A DNA stretch of 35,668 nt, from contig CAXIUT010000161.1 of NCBI GenBank assembly GCA_964035545.1, positions 29,620 to 65,287 of the forward strand, read 5' to 3'. Shown piece after piece: positions 1 through 11,754 of the stretch. A program made the position numbers and the translations under genes. A model generated the notes under the pieces. The model was not told the DNA's origin. It was given only the letters and a program-made list of their open reading frames with translations, and searched no databases. This DNA is from Bugula neritina (Eukaryota; Animalia; Bryozoa). Position 1 is the first letter of the stretch. Each line of letters opens with the position of its first letter.

Positions 1-81
1 CCCAACCCCAACCCCAACCCCAACCCCAACCCCAACCCCAACCCCAACCCCAACCCCAACCCCAACCCCAACCCCAACCCC
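1..81 (+). repeat. Left telomere, (CCCCAA)n
   Basis: Perfect C4A2 hexamer array at the contig start, the same repeat as Tetrahymena macronuclear telomeres. Confidence 0.98.
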
Positions 82-320
82 GATCATTTTTAGATATTAT
101 TATTATTTGACTATTTGAAATCAATAGATATAACTAAAATTATTAATGTTGAGGCAATAAATAAGTATTGGATAAATATAACTATTATTTTAGTCAGTTT
201 GTTTCTATTTGTCATTATTTATAAATCAAAAAAGATAAGTTTATTATTTCTGATGTACGAATAGACTCTGAGTTTAAATCACCATTCAATTCTGAATATA
301 TCATATAATTATTTTTTCTG

Positions 321-1267
321 ATGAAAGCCCAACTAACCTTCTTGGTAGCTCTCTCACTCCTCTCTCTGGTCGCTCTCGCCCAGTAAACCGATAAACCAAC
401 CGTCTACAAGCCCTTCACTAAAGAATAACTCTCAAAAACCAACATATAACCTGAAATTCAAATCGATCCCCTTCCAGAAGAACCAACAGACAGACATCAT
501 AGACCTTCAAAACACCACTTGAACAAAAGAGACTAAGTATAGGTATACCCAGAAAGTACATTATTTATAATGAAGTTGATGAATACGGAAACGACTTAAC
601 TGAATAGGAAAAGCAACAACGAAGACATTAAAGGAAAAGATACAACAAACTCTTCAAATGGGGAATGCTTGCAGGAACAGTTGTCCTCGCTTTCATCCTT
701 TGCAGACTCTGTGTTGCTAAGAGAAGAAGATGTAACAGATTCAGACAACAAATCAGACAACAACAAATTGAAATGCAACAACAAATGCCTGTCTACAACG
801 TTAGCCCTCATCCATATCCTAACCAACAACAACCTATGACCATGGGAAGACCTTGCTATCAAGATTAACGCTTTTCAAGACCTCAAGAAAGACCTCAACC
901 AAGAGGACAGCCTCAAGGTTATATTCCAAGAGGACAACCTCAATAATACGAACAAGCACCTCAAATCATCAAAGGAAGACCTCATGACAGTTTCCTTAAG
1001 GCTCAAAATCAACAACAACCAAACAGACAACTTGATGCTCAGATTCAATATCATGAAAAAGAGCTTAATAAGTTGAAAGAAATGCTCAGAAGAGAAGAAC
1101 AAGTCCACAGAGAAGAAATTCCTGAAATCAGAAGAAGACCTGTCCCAATGACTAATGAAAGTCTTGAATCTTGTCAACCAATCAGAAAAAGATCAATTCC
1201 TGTTGGTCAACCTATCTACGACAAGGATGCCAACTCAAGCTTCGCCTCAGAATATCCTGAAATCTGA
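321..1267 (+). CDS. Hypothetical type I membrane protein: signal peptide, one TM helix, Gln/Pro/Arg-rich tail
   Basis: MKAQLTFLVALSLLSLVALAQE signal-like start. A 20-nt intron (556-575) joins the frames. TM WGMLAGTVVLAFILCRLCVA followed by KRRR. Ends TGA at 1265-1267 when TAR is read as Glu. Confidence 0.8.
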
Positions 1268-1404
1268 TCCATTAAAACAATCATTATTACTCATTTCTAT
1301 TATCAATTAATTCTGAGACAAATATTAACTATTCAGAAATTTTTAATAACAAACTCATTTTTAGAATTTTTATTAACATTTAAATAATACCTTATACTAA
1401 AGAA

Positions 1405-2301
1405 TCAGACCATTAAAGCTTCAATTTATTCATAATAATTAACATAGGTTTCTCCATTGATACTAAATAAAAGATTAGGTTTCTGAATACATACTTCACT
1501 TCTCCTGATACTAAGTTTTCCACCTTTAATCTCCCAAATTCTCAAAATAAGATCATCTCCAACACTATACACGTTAAGACCCTCAACTTCAATCAAGTAA
1601 ATCATCCCTTGATGAGCAGAAATCACTTTTCTATCAATTAGTTCTTGATCTACGATATGTAGTTCACCTTGACAAGTACCAATAATGATTGAATTTTATA
1701 CTAATTTCATTTTGATGATAGGATACATACTCAGGCTATCATACTGTCCTACTATTTTTTTATCATTCAAAATAACTTTCAAAACCTGTCCATTTTAAGT
1801 TCCCAAATAACAAAATTTATCATTAACACATATACTACAAATCCTTCCTTCAAACTATATTTTAAAGTTGACTTTGTTCTCAGGCCTATCAACAGGAATG
1901 GTCACCATATCTCCTTTAGAACTAACAAAAACAAAATAAGTTTGAACACCATTGAACACTCCTTGAACAGCCATATATCCATCATCAAAATCAACAATAT
2001 TACACTTCAATTGAAAAGATTATGTACTCACTATTTCATTCTTCCTCAATACCATACATTTAGATACAAAAGCCAACCCAATATAAGGAACACGATCCTC
2101 ATGAGAATACACCATCTGAAGAGCCCTCAAAGGCTATCCATCGATATTGATAGGATATATTTCTCTAATACTTCCGTCCTTATTGAATTAGATGAGTCTT
2201 AGCTCGTTGAGACTCGACTGGTAGATCAACCAATTTTAAGAACTGGATTGACAGGATCCTTTGAATGAAGCGAGAGAAGGGAGGATTATTGAGTTGTTCA
2301 T
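1405..2301 (-). CDS. WD40-like beta-propeller protein
   Basis: Intronless ORF (ATG 2301 to TGA 1405) with repeats such as SAHQGMIYLIEVEGLNVYSVGDDLILRIWE, YLGTENGQV and IIGTCQGELHI. Confidence 0.75.
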
Positions 2302-2356
2302 GAATAAATAGCAAACTAATTGTATGATATTTGAACCATAATATATTTACATCATC

Positions 2357-2723
2357 ATGGAATTAGCTAATAACGCCCTCCCCATCTTCAGAGAAGGTAT
2401 TGAGTTCAGGAGTATAATCCCAGTCGAAATCCAACCTGCCACTTCTTGCTATCACGCCTACAATAAACTTTAAAGCTGCATTCTTCAAAAAAAGATACAC
2501 CCAGCAGATCACAACAGTACCTCTCTCTTATGAAGAAATCAGATCAGAATGTGAAGTAGAAGAATGGCGTTCAGTTTGTCCAGGATCAGTTCGAAAAGTA
2601 CACATCGAGAGACTATTCCGAAAGAGTATCAACTAACGATTGTACACTCAATAAAAATTAAATGACTACATGTAAGTTAAAAATCATATCCAACACTTTG
2701 GAATCATTGATGGAAGATTCTGA
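2357..2723 (+). CDS. Small twin-Cys protein, COX6B/CHCH-like
   Basis: CYHAYNKLESC (Cx9C) ... CEVEEWRSVCP resembles the COX6B cysteine pattern. A 19-nt intron at 2517-2535 restores the frame. Confidence 0.55.
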
Positions 2724-2814
2724 TCTAAAAATAATACCATATCTCCTATCATCATATCACTAGGATTTAGATTAGCATTATTATTGTAATATCACAAATA
2801 TAATTGTATTAGAA

Positions 2815-3143
2815 ATGCCATACTATTACCATTGGCTCTATCGATAAAGAAAATAAGGATAAACAGAATAAGATAAAATCATGCGAAAACTATCATTCAA
2901 ATTGCCAGTAGTCATACGCTACAACCTCGTTTTTGCATTCTTTGCCGGAGTTATCGGAGCATTTTATACAAAAAGAACAGCAACCGTCTCTTCCCCTACC
3001 GTTTTGTTCCTTTCGGCATAATCGGCCTATGCTATGAATAAATAATTCGTTACTACAACTATGTCAACGGAATCGAAGTGCCAAAATAAAAATCTATGAC
3101 TATGATTGACTTAATTCGCTAGCAATAAGCAAAAGAAAAATGA
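2815..3143 (+). CDS. Small hypothetical membrane protein with one apparent frameshift
   Basis: MPYYYHWLYRERKE...YNLVFAFFAGVIGAFYTK. The more protein-like continuation needs one extra A in the run at ~2970-2974; otherwise the ORF stops at 3099. Confidence 0.5.
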
Positions 3144-3172
3144 TAAAATAGAGTGATAAATAGTTATATACA

Positions 3173-3685
3173 TCACATTCCATAAGATCTAAGTCTACTA
3201 CTACTTTTTGATTAATTCATAGCTGTACTTCCCATATTTTTGAAGACATTACTTTTATTTCCTTAGATATTTCTAAATGAAAAAAAATTATCAACTCTCC
3301 CTCTTGTCTTTAAACTATACTTCTACTCAAACAACTGATAATATTCATTCAATATTCTATTCTCTTTCTTGAGTTTCTCATTTTATTATAGCAAATAATC
3401 CCTTTCTTTCTATATCTTTTGGTACTACTCATGTTCATGATATTTACTGCTAGTATGTTGTTTCGTTTGGGGATAGTATCGTCTATCGATTGATCGTTCT
3501 CGTTCTCGATAGTTTTCTTTTTGATGGCTACAAGAGGTCTTTCTATGTATTTCATCTTGGGGGTGAAGAGTCGAACGAGAGGTAGAACGAGATTTGGTTG
3601 GATGGTTTTTATTGTGTTTTTTCGATTTGGAACGATGTAGATGTAAATATGTCTATCCATCTTGAACATAGAGGTTTACTTTCAT
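3173..3685 (-). CDS. Hypothetical basic/coiled-coil protein
   Basis: ATG 3685, MKVNLYVQDGETYLHLHRSK...; coiled-coil ERDYLLEENEKLKKENRIL; 23-nt intron 3273-3295; TGA 3173-3175. Confidence 0.6.
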
Positions 3686-4008
3686 CTTGTTATTTATAGT
3701 AATCGAAGATTAATCATATTTGTTTATTAAAATAGAATAGCAAATGACCAACTTTTACTTAATGACCAGAATCATAAAATTAATTAGCAAAGATTTCAGT
3801 TTTACTGATAATTATCTCTTAAATCATCAAGATAGTTATAAATCATAAATTATTAATAAATAGAGTTTATTTCATAGATGATACCAATATCAAAATAAAA
3901 TCAGAACTAAGACCCAATGAGGTTGTCTTAGATCTAGATATGATATATAAGTTTAGGACAAGGATAATAAGTTTAATAAGATTAATAATTATACAATAAA
4001 ATTAGTTC

Positions 4009-5780
4009 ATGAACAGCAACTAAAATTTGACAGGACAGAGTAAGAAGATAGGCCATTACTGCTACAACGGGAAAGATATAATCGGAAAAGGCTATTCAAG
4101 TATAGTATATCGAGCTCAAAATGACTCCAATGGTACTCCTTATTTCACCAAGGACAGACAATCGCTCTCAAGCTCATTGACATGAAGAATATTAAAGGAT
4201 AAGTTCATAAAACTCTTCTTAACAATGAAATGGAAATCCTAAGGCTTCTCAGTAACCTACAAAACATAATTAAACTCTACTAAATCATTCCTCTCAAATC
4301 ACACACCTGTATCATCACTGAGCTGTGTGATGGAGGAGATCTAGCTAAAATAATCAAAAACAGAAAAACAATTCCATAAAAATAAGCAATCGAAATCCTC
4401 AAAGAAATCATCAATGGATATAGAGGAATCAATAGATTCGGCATTGTACATAGAGATCTTAAACCAGCTAATATTTTTTTCAGTTAAGGAAAAGTCAAAA
4501 TAGCTGATTTTGGATTCGCAATCAAAAACTCTGACCTCAAAAAATCAACCAACTACAACGTAGGATCTCCTGTCTACATGCCTCTAGAAGCTCTTAATGA
4601 CAATCTCTATTCCTCTAAAAGCGATATCTGGGCAATTGGAGTCATTTTCTATGAAATGATAACTGGTCATACACCTTGGAAAGCCAGAACAGAAGCAGAT
4701 CTCAAAAGACAAATAAAAGCAATATCAATAAAAAGTCTTATCCCAACTAGTCTATCCAGAATTTCTTCTGACTTCCTCCTTAAATCTCTTCAAGTCAACT
4801 CTTCTCTTCGAATGTCTGCATAGGAAATGATAAATTTCTTCTAATTGAATAGCACTTCAACTAGTGAATCAACTCTTACATCAAGCAATTTAAGAACTAA
4901 TCATTTGTTTAGGACAAGAGCCATCAGTCAAGATAGATAGGATCGAAATAAAGATCCTGAAAATAATCCTTAGATAACAAAAAATACAGTTACTGCACCT
5001 AAAACTTACAGAAAAATAAGCAAGCTAGCTGACTATAATAGTCAATAAAAAAATGGATCTTAAAAAATACCTGAAATACATAAACTAGGATTCGATCATA
5101 CTGGTATTGGCTTTCAAGGATTTGATGAACAAAAAATGAACAATTTTGCAAGAGCTACTGCTGGAATAGGATAATAATGGATTCCAGATTACAAAAAAAC
5201 ATCATCTCATCTATTGAGTCAAATACATTTCTGTAGATTTTTCTATAAATTAATCTAAAGAATGAATAAATTGAATGTCTGTTCATAGAGATTAAAAAGT
5301 CTCATGAGTACTTTAATTGCTGGCAAGTTAGGATAGATAAAAGAACTAACAGTTCTCAATCCAAAATATGCTATCCTTTACAAAAGAACAAAATAATGCT
5401 AAAGAATCCAAGATGTAGTTCAACAATACCAGACTAAATATGAACAATCATTGGATTTATCTGATGACATGTCCTATAGCTAGGCTTTGAGAGGAATTGA
5501 AGAAGAATTAGAATCATAGATTATCAACTTACATGAGATGATAAAGAGTTATAGATCTTTAGAGGGAAAAGACGAAGAAGTAATATTGTTGGACTATTTG
5601 ATAACTACCAAGCAACTCTTGCTCATTCACTCAAAGAAAGATATTGAATATTTCCATAAGAAGTCAAAAATAGAAGCTATCGTAGAAGGAAAACCTGCCA
5701 AAAATATCACATATGACCACTTGAAGCTATTGTGCATAAACTCAAGTATTCAAGTTGATTGTTTGATTTATTGTGTATAA
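4009..5780 (+). CDS. Ser/Thr protein kinase (ULK/CAMK-like ciliate family); 3' end approximate
   Basis: IGKGYSSIVY, IALK, HRDLKPAN, IADFG, VGSPVYMPLE, SDIWAIG. 20-nt intron 4133-4152. The first in-frame TGA (5952-5954) overlaps the next gene, so the true stop is probably near 5760 and hidden by an indel. Confidence 0.9.
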
Positions 5781-5827
5781 AATTATCAATTATATAAGAT
5801 AGATATAAATTTCAAGATTATAAGTGA

Positions 5828-6606
5828 TCATTCTATCTTTGAATCTAGTTTTATTCTGGTTAAAGGCTCATAAAATTTGGTTTAATCGTAATGGAATCTG
5901 GTAGAGATATCCAAAAAGTCAAATCTAACTTCAAGGCTCAAACTTAATAGCTGAGATCAACTCAATGAAATTTTCATCTTCAGGTATTCCAAATGTTCTG
6001 AAAAGAGTCAGATGGATCTCATTGTTCTCAAATCGATTAGTTTATTTGTTAAACTTCACCTGCATAGAGCCAAAATCTTCTTCTTTTATTATTTGGCTTC
6101 AAGCATCTTCTGATAATCCTATCAGCTATTTTTCTCACTTTTTCTAGTTCATTGTTTTTTATGGTTCTAAAAAGATCACACTAACCATTTTCTGTTTCCT
6201 TTCACCACTATATTTGGTAAAATATCCAAGTTTTGGAAAAGTTATTTCTGTCTTCTTTAAATCATGTTCACAATCAGCTCTTATTTCCTTAAAAACATCA
6301 ACAGCTTTAGCCTTTGTATCATTGTCAGGTAAAGAAAGCATGGAGATAGTGAGATGCATCAACAGATTGCTAGCTATCCTCATCTTTTTGCTATCATTAG
6401 CTTTAAACATTGTTTCAATCATCTTTTGAACTGATTCAATCGCACTCCTCTGGCTTCTTCCTGATAAAAGGTAAGCTTGCAAAATGAGTATACCCAGGTT
6501 TTCTTTATTTGCTACCATGACCGTGTCTGTGATCACGGCTACCTCCTCTACCATGCCTATGCCTGTGTTCTTTAGGCTCTTTAGGTTCTCTAGGTTCTTT
6601 TTACAT
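5828..6606 (-). CDS. 2H-phosphoesterase, AKAP7/ASCC1-like; several apparent frameshifts
   Basis: YTHFASLPF, first HxT motif LMHLTISML and second EIHLTLFRT lie in different frames. His/Arg/Gly-rich N-terminus (HRHRHGRGGSRDHRHGHG). Confidence 0.65.
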
Positions 6607-6716
6607 TTATTTTAGAACATATTTGGTAATAAAAGATTTATATCTATTTTTTGTATTAATCTATTCAATTCTTATGCTTCTGACCTTTTAAATATCCAAA
6701 TATAAAAAAATATCAA

Positions 6717-8262
6717 TCATTTAACTAAAGCTTAATACTTCAGTATCTCACATATCACCATTCGATTCTTTATCCTACTCATTTCAGAAAACTATTGATG
6801 TTAGTTATCTTTAATAAAGTTTGTATAAGCAGGGCTAAGTGCCAAAGACTGATAATTTGAAGTACAAAGGTCTGATAAATATCTTTCTTTAATTTCTGAT
6901 CGTCAATTTTCTTTAAATTATGACTTATTGCTTTTCCACGTCCCTTTATGATAGATTGATATTTTTCAATAGTTTTCTAAGTATCTTTGAACCGTTTTCG
7001 CCTCTCTGCAGATATATTCAACTTGATAATGTTAACAATATAGTTCATTGTACTGAGTATTCCATTACATTTCTTTAATATACTAACTATTCTAAACGGA
7101 GTGAAGAAGTTCATTTCACCACCACATTTCTAATAGACCTTCATTAATATATCTCCATGTTCTACTTGTCCAATCAACACTTTGATTTTGTTTTCAAGGT
7201 GATTGTTATATTGATATTTCAATAACTATTGCTGAATTCTCTAAAAAAATTAACAAATTTCCATAAATTCAATGATATCTTCTTCATATTCTTGATATCT
7301 TTTCGATGTTGATGTTTTACTAGTTCTAAATGTATAGCTAGAACCTTCCATCTTTTCCTCTTAAGAACCTTTCTTACTCATTGTTAACTTTGTTTCTCTA
7401 AATTTATCTGAACAAATAGACGAGCTCTAATCATTTTATCTTTTTATCTTTGATTACTGATCTATTTAGCAAAAGTTTATTCCAGCTGGTTTTTAATATA
7501 GTAAGGATAATTACTCTTATTGCTCGATTTTGATTTTAAATAAGTTTATAATCTCTCCTTATTGTATGTTTTATATTTTTGTTCTCGTTCGTTTTTAGTT
7601 AAAGAATCTACTATTTCTTGACAGTTGTTATCTAAAGTAATATTAAATGAATTAGCTTCTTTCTAGCATTTATTTGTAGTATTTATTAGCTTCTTTCTTA
7701 AGAGTCTATCGAATTGTTTTCCATAACTGTGTCTAAAACTATCTCCAGCCTTCTTCTATTTGATCAAGGCTCATCTGAAGTTCAATTCCCTCACTTTTCG
7801 CCCTTACATGACATCCTAAATTATTCCCTATTTTTCTTTATCTTCTTTAAAGTATTCACATATTGAATCTGTTGCTTTTTCTCTCTCATTTTAGATTCAA
7901 CACTCTTCAATCCTAGCTTCTATGGTATTTTTTAAAGCTATTTTCTCATCTCGACTGAATTTCATCAATCCATTCTACTTGATTTATACTTAATCCTGAC
8001 CTCTAGTAGTCTTGAAAAGATCCCTAGTTTCTTTAAAAACTTTTCTTCTACTAAAATTATTGATACTACTTTTATTCTTTTTAATTTTAGGTTGAAAAAT
8101 TATTACTGTGAGTAATTTTTGCTTTAATTTTCGCTTATTCTAGATTCCTAAAGATGATGATTTCAATTAGCTCTCATTTGGCTAGAGTTTTATATACTTA
8201 TCTTGATATTTTCTTTGAGTAGATATCTTTGAATTAGGATTTCTAAAGGAATTCTGTGGCAT
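6717..8262 (-). CDS. Hypothetical Glu/Lys-rich protein with frameshifts in the 5' third
   Basis: Long open frame from ~7850 to TGA 6717-6719. Upstream protein-like pieces (ATEFLEKSEFKDIYSK, VEWIDE/NSVEMRKELEK) need single-base insertions, and there is one in-frame TGA at 8174-8176. Confidence 0.6.
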
Positions 8263-8282
8263 AAGTTAATTTTATTATAAAA

Positions 8283-10811
8283 ATGTCAGCTCCGCAGGAT
8301 CCGAAAATCATTAAAGATTAACAGAGACAGGAATTGGATCTACCTATCTACGACTGAATTGACCCCAGATGCTACAAAATAACAACTCGGAACACTGTCA
8401 GTCAACAATAAACCCTCATAAAAGCTATTTAGTCTTCATTTATCTCTTTGTTATCTTATGGGTCAATGTAATATTCACACTATAATGTTGGGTAAACTAT
8501 CACAATTCAAACATTTCATCAGCACAGCCATTACTTCTCTCAACAGTCAACGTCCTACTCCTCCTAATGACCCCTAGCTCTCTTCTAAAATCAAATTCCT
8601 CTTAGATTATATCCTCCGCAATCCACCATAATAGCAATTCAAAGTCTACCATTCTCTTCAAACACCAGATATGACAGTAAACTAACTCCTAAAACAACTC
8701 TATCATTCTCCTGAAGCAGACACAGATCAAATCAACAGCATCCTGAACTTCTTTATTTTTCTCCTTCTTAACTGCAATAACTAACTAGTACTATGTAAGA
8801 TAGTATCTGATTCCTTTGTTGTCTAACTGACTCAAGTGCGTCTTAACTGTCTATTTCTATAATTTTCAAACAACAATCTCGAAATTTAGTAAATAAACAA
8901 CTATAAAATAGCATTGATTAAAGCCTACGTCTCAAAAATAAACAAATAAACAATCAAATACATGATCATCAATGATCGAATGCCAATCCTAGAAAGCTGT
9001 ATCCTCCTCTATGAACAATACATACAAACATAGTAATAATATGGAGTTTAAACTACCTGTACAAGCAACTGTATACTCCTTATTGTCAAATTTTTATCAA
9101 CCAATTAAGACAACCACTATCTCTTCTACTAAAATAACGACAAAGGAATTATTCATCTACTGACTAGTATAATTGAAAGTATCTATCGATCTATTGTCCA
9201 TATTTTGAAATAAAAATAGCCTTAGTAATTTTTATTTGAAACACTAAAAGATAAAATCTTGTTTCTTACAGATATTATCTCTTCAATTTCTCTCTAATCT
9301 ATCAAAAATAGTCTTATCAAAAATACAATCAAATCAGTAGCTCAAATTAAAGTTTTATTTAAAGAAGTAACCCTCCAACATACATGCATGACAGATATTA
9401 ATGCTAAAAGTTACATAAAAAGTTTATAACTGTTAAAAGTACTCCTTAAAATGCTAACTATCTATTACCATTATGAATAACTTCTATAATTATTCTATTA
9501 AACAACTTTACCTTTATTGCAAAAGTTTATTAACTCTTTCAAGGATTCAATTCAATCGATATCTAAACAATAAACTTTCATAAATATTCAATAATAGCCT
9601 GATCAAAAAGAACTATAACTTCTCTCACAACTAAAATCATAAATTTTATCTATATATTGTTCCAATATGTAAATATTGGCAAATATTGTAATAACTGGAG
9701 AATATCTCAGTCGCAGAAATAGTAGCTGCCAGCAATAAAAATAATTTAAAACTTTAGTTATCAACATCTTAATCGACACCATAGAACTTATACTCGGATA
9801 GGGATCATCTCTACATATACTATTATGCCATCGATCTGTTAAGTTTATGTTTTTATCTTTAATGCAACTTACTGTGGAAAATAATCATACTTTACATTAG
9901 TATAGTGTTATAAAATTTCATCAATTTACCATCAAAAAACTTAAACAGTAACTTAAACCCATCGAACTGTGGTCTTATGTCGTTTTACATTATTAATCCT
10001 TTCTTAAATTAATTAGCTATAATCTTCTTCAAATTGAATAATCTTCACCACAATAATACTTTTTCTGTCAATTTCACGAACAAAAAAAACATAAAACTCC
10101 TACACCTCTAGATTACCTAACTAATACTATTTTCCTTAATGAATGTGTCAGAGATTTCAGGTATTTCTGATTTGTATGTAGATTCATGATTGTAGGTAGA
10201 ACAAAAGTTTCACAAAAAGATATAAAATTATAAAAAAACTATCATAACAACTTCATTTCACCAGGTTGGTCTCTAGAACCAGGTATTCAATCACTTAAAT
10301 AGGAAAAACTTTAACATAAGATCACAAATGTCTTTTCCAACTTAACCATCTTAGTCAAGGAATAAAAATCCCAATGTATCAATAAATTAACAAAGATCTG
10401 TTATCGAAGATTAATAATGTCTTCTTTTTGCTCATACTGAAGGTTAATAAACAAAAATAATTCTCAATATTAGATATAAAAGCATATAAGGCTTCACTGT
10501 TGATAAATAAATAGTTCATATCCAGTTAAAAGGTCTTCAATAGGTGTTAGTATAAGCTATTTCAAAAAATTAAAATAATATTTATAGCAATTCAAATGGT
10601 ACCTTATCCAGAAAAGAGATCTATCACGACAAAAATAACTTACCTTTATCGATAGATATCTCAATCTTTATTATGAAGATAACAAACAGATAATTGAAGA
10701 GATGGGTCAAGCGTAAATTCAATCAGATAATGAAGATAAATCAAGAGAATAAACAAAAAAATAAGAGATTAAAGAAGAGACTACAAAAGAATAGCTTGAT
10801 GAAGAAATAAA
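8283..10811 (+). CDS. Large hypothetical alpha-helical protein, 3'-truncated by an internal telomere tract
   Basis: Frame-1 ORF of about 820 codons, spot-checked rather than read codon by codon. It runs into the C4A2 tract with no stop (…EELDEEINPTQP). ATG 8283 is in another frame and needs a +1 shift before TGA 8355. Confidence 0.65.
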
Positions 10812-10857
10812 CCCAACCCAACCCCAACCCCCAACCCCCAACCCCAACCCCAACCCC
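10812..10857 (+). repeat. Internal, slightly degenerate C4A2 telomeric tract
   Basis: cccaacccaaccccaacccccaacccccaaccccaaccccaacccc, with no preceding G4T2 tract. Confidence 0.95.
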
Positions 10858-10948
10858 TATATTTGTAGAATTTTAAAAAATATCAAATTTGATAGGTATT
10901 CTAGATAGTTGCGTACTTATGATTTTAATTTTAATTTTTAAATAATAA

Positions 10949-11455
10949 ATGGATAATGCCCTCAAAAGCTCACAACTCTCTTCTCTCCAACTATAATAAC
11001 TTCTCCCACTCACAGCCGACCTCCTGACTGATCTCATCTAACAAGAAGGTTCCCCATGTGACTCCATCTTCAACTCTTCAACCCTCCCAAACATATCACT
11101 TCATGATTTCCTCAAACGTCTCCACAAATATACTCAATTTTCACCTTAGTGTCTCATCATTTCAATCATCTATATTGACCGTTACAACATGGAAATGCCT
11201 GAATTCAGTCTAAACTAACTCAACATCCATAAAATGGCACTAACTGCTCTCCTACTCGCAGCAAAATTTCAAGATGACTTCTACTATGATAATAAGGCTT
11301 TCTAGTTTGCAGGAGGTGTTAATGCTTTACATTTGCATCAACTTTAACTAGAAATATTTTAAAAGTTAGACTATAATTTGTTCATAAGCAAAGGAGATTA
11401 CTAAGAACTCTAAAATAAGATGTATGAGGTTTATGGGGAAGAAGAGACTAACTGA
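10949..11455 (+). CDS. P/U-type (PHO80-like) cyclin
   Basis: PNISLHDFLKRLHKYTQFSPECLIISIIYIDR ... NIHKMALTALLLAAKFQDDFYYDN ... AGGV ... QLELEIFEKLDYNL; intronless. Confidence 0.9.
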
Positions 11456-11754
11456 TTTTCAATTTTTTATCCAATTATTAATTAAAACTTATGATTTCTG
11501 ATAAAAAAGAGTCAATAAATAGTTTAATTTGATAAACTATAATAGTTCAGCAATGATCAGATAAACAAAAAGAACAGTTTTTATGTGCTGATTTTAGAAT
11601 ATTTGATTAAATAACAGATTATATTTAATGCCAAATATAAAGATATATGATAAAATGTGAATTATGGTGACAAGAAAGTTGACTATAAAAATGCATTTTT
11701 AAATTTGGGACTATATAAATTGATTGATTAAATAGCGCTATATAATTTCAACAA

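Noticed and set aside
8174-8176. In-frame TGA suggesting UGA=Trp or context-dependent stops
   Set aside because: A single case in the error-rich segment. The conserved Trp residues I checked elsewhere use TGG, and conserved genes end at their first TGA.
6433-8357. GAY-TGA sites (6436-6438 minus, 8355-8357 plus) as Euplotes-like +1 programmed frameshifts
   Set aside because: Neighbouring shifts go in both directions, sit at homopolymers and are confined to segment A, so sequencing indels are more parsimonious.
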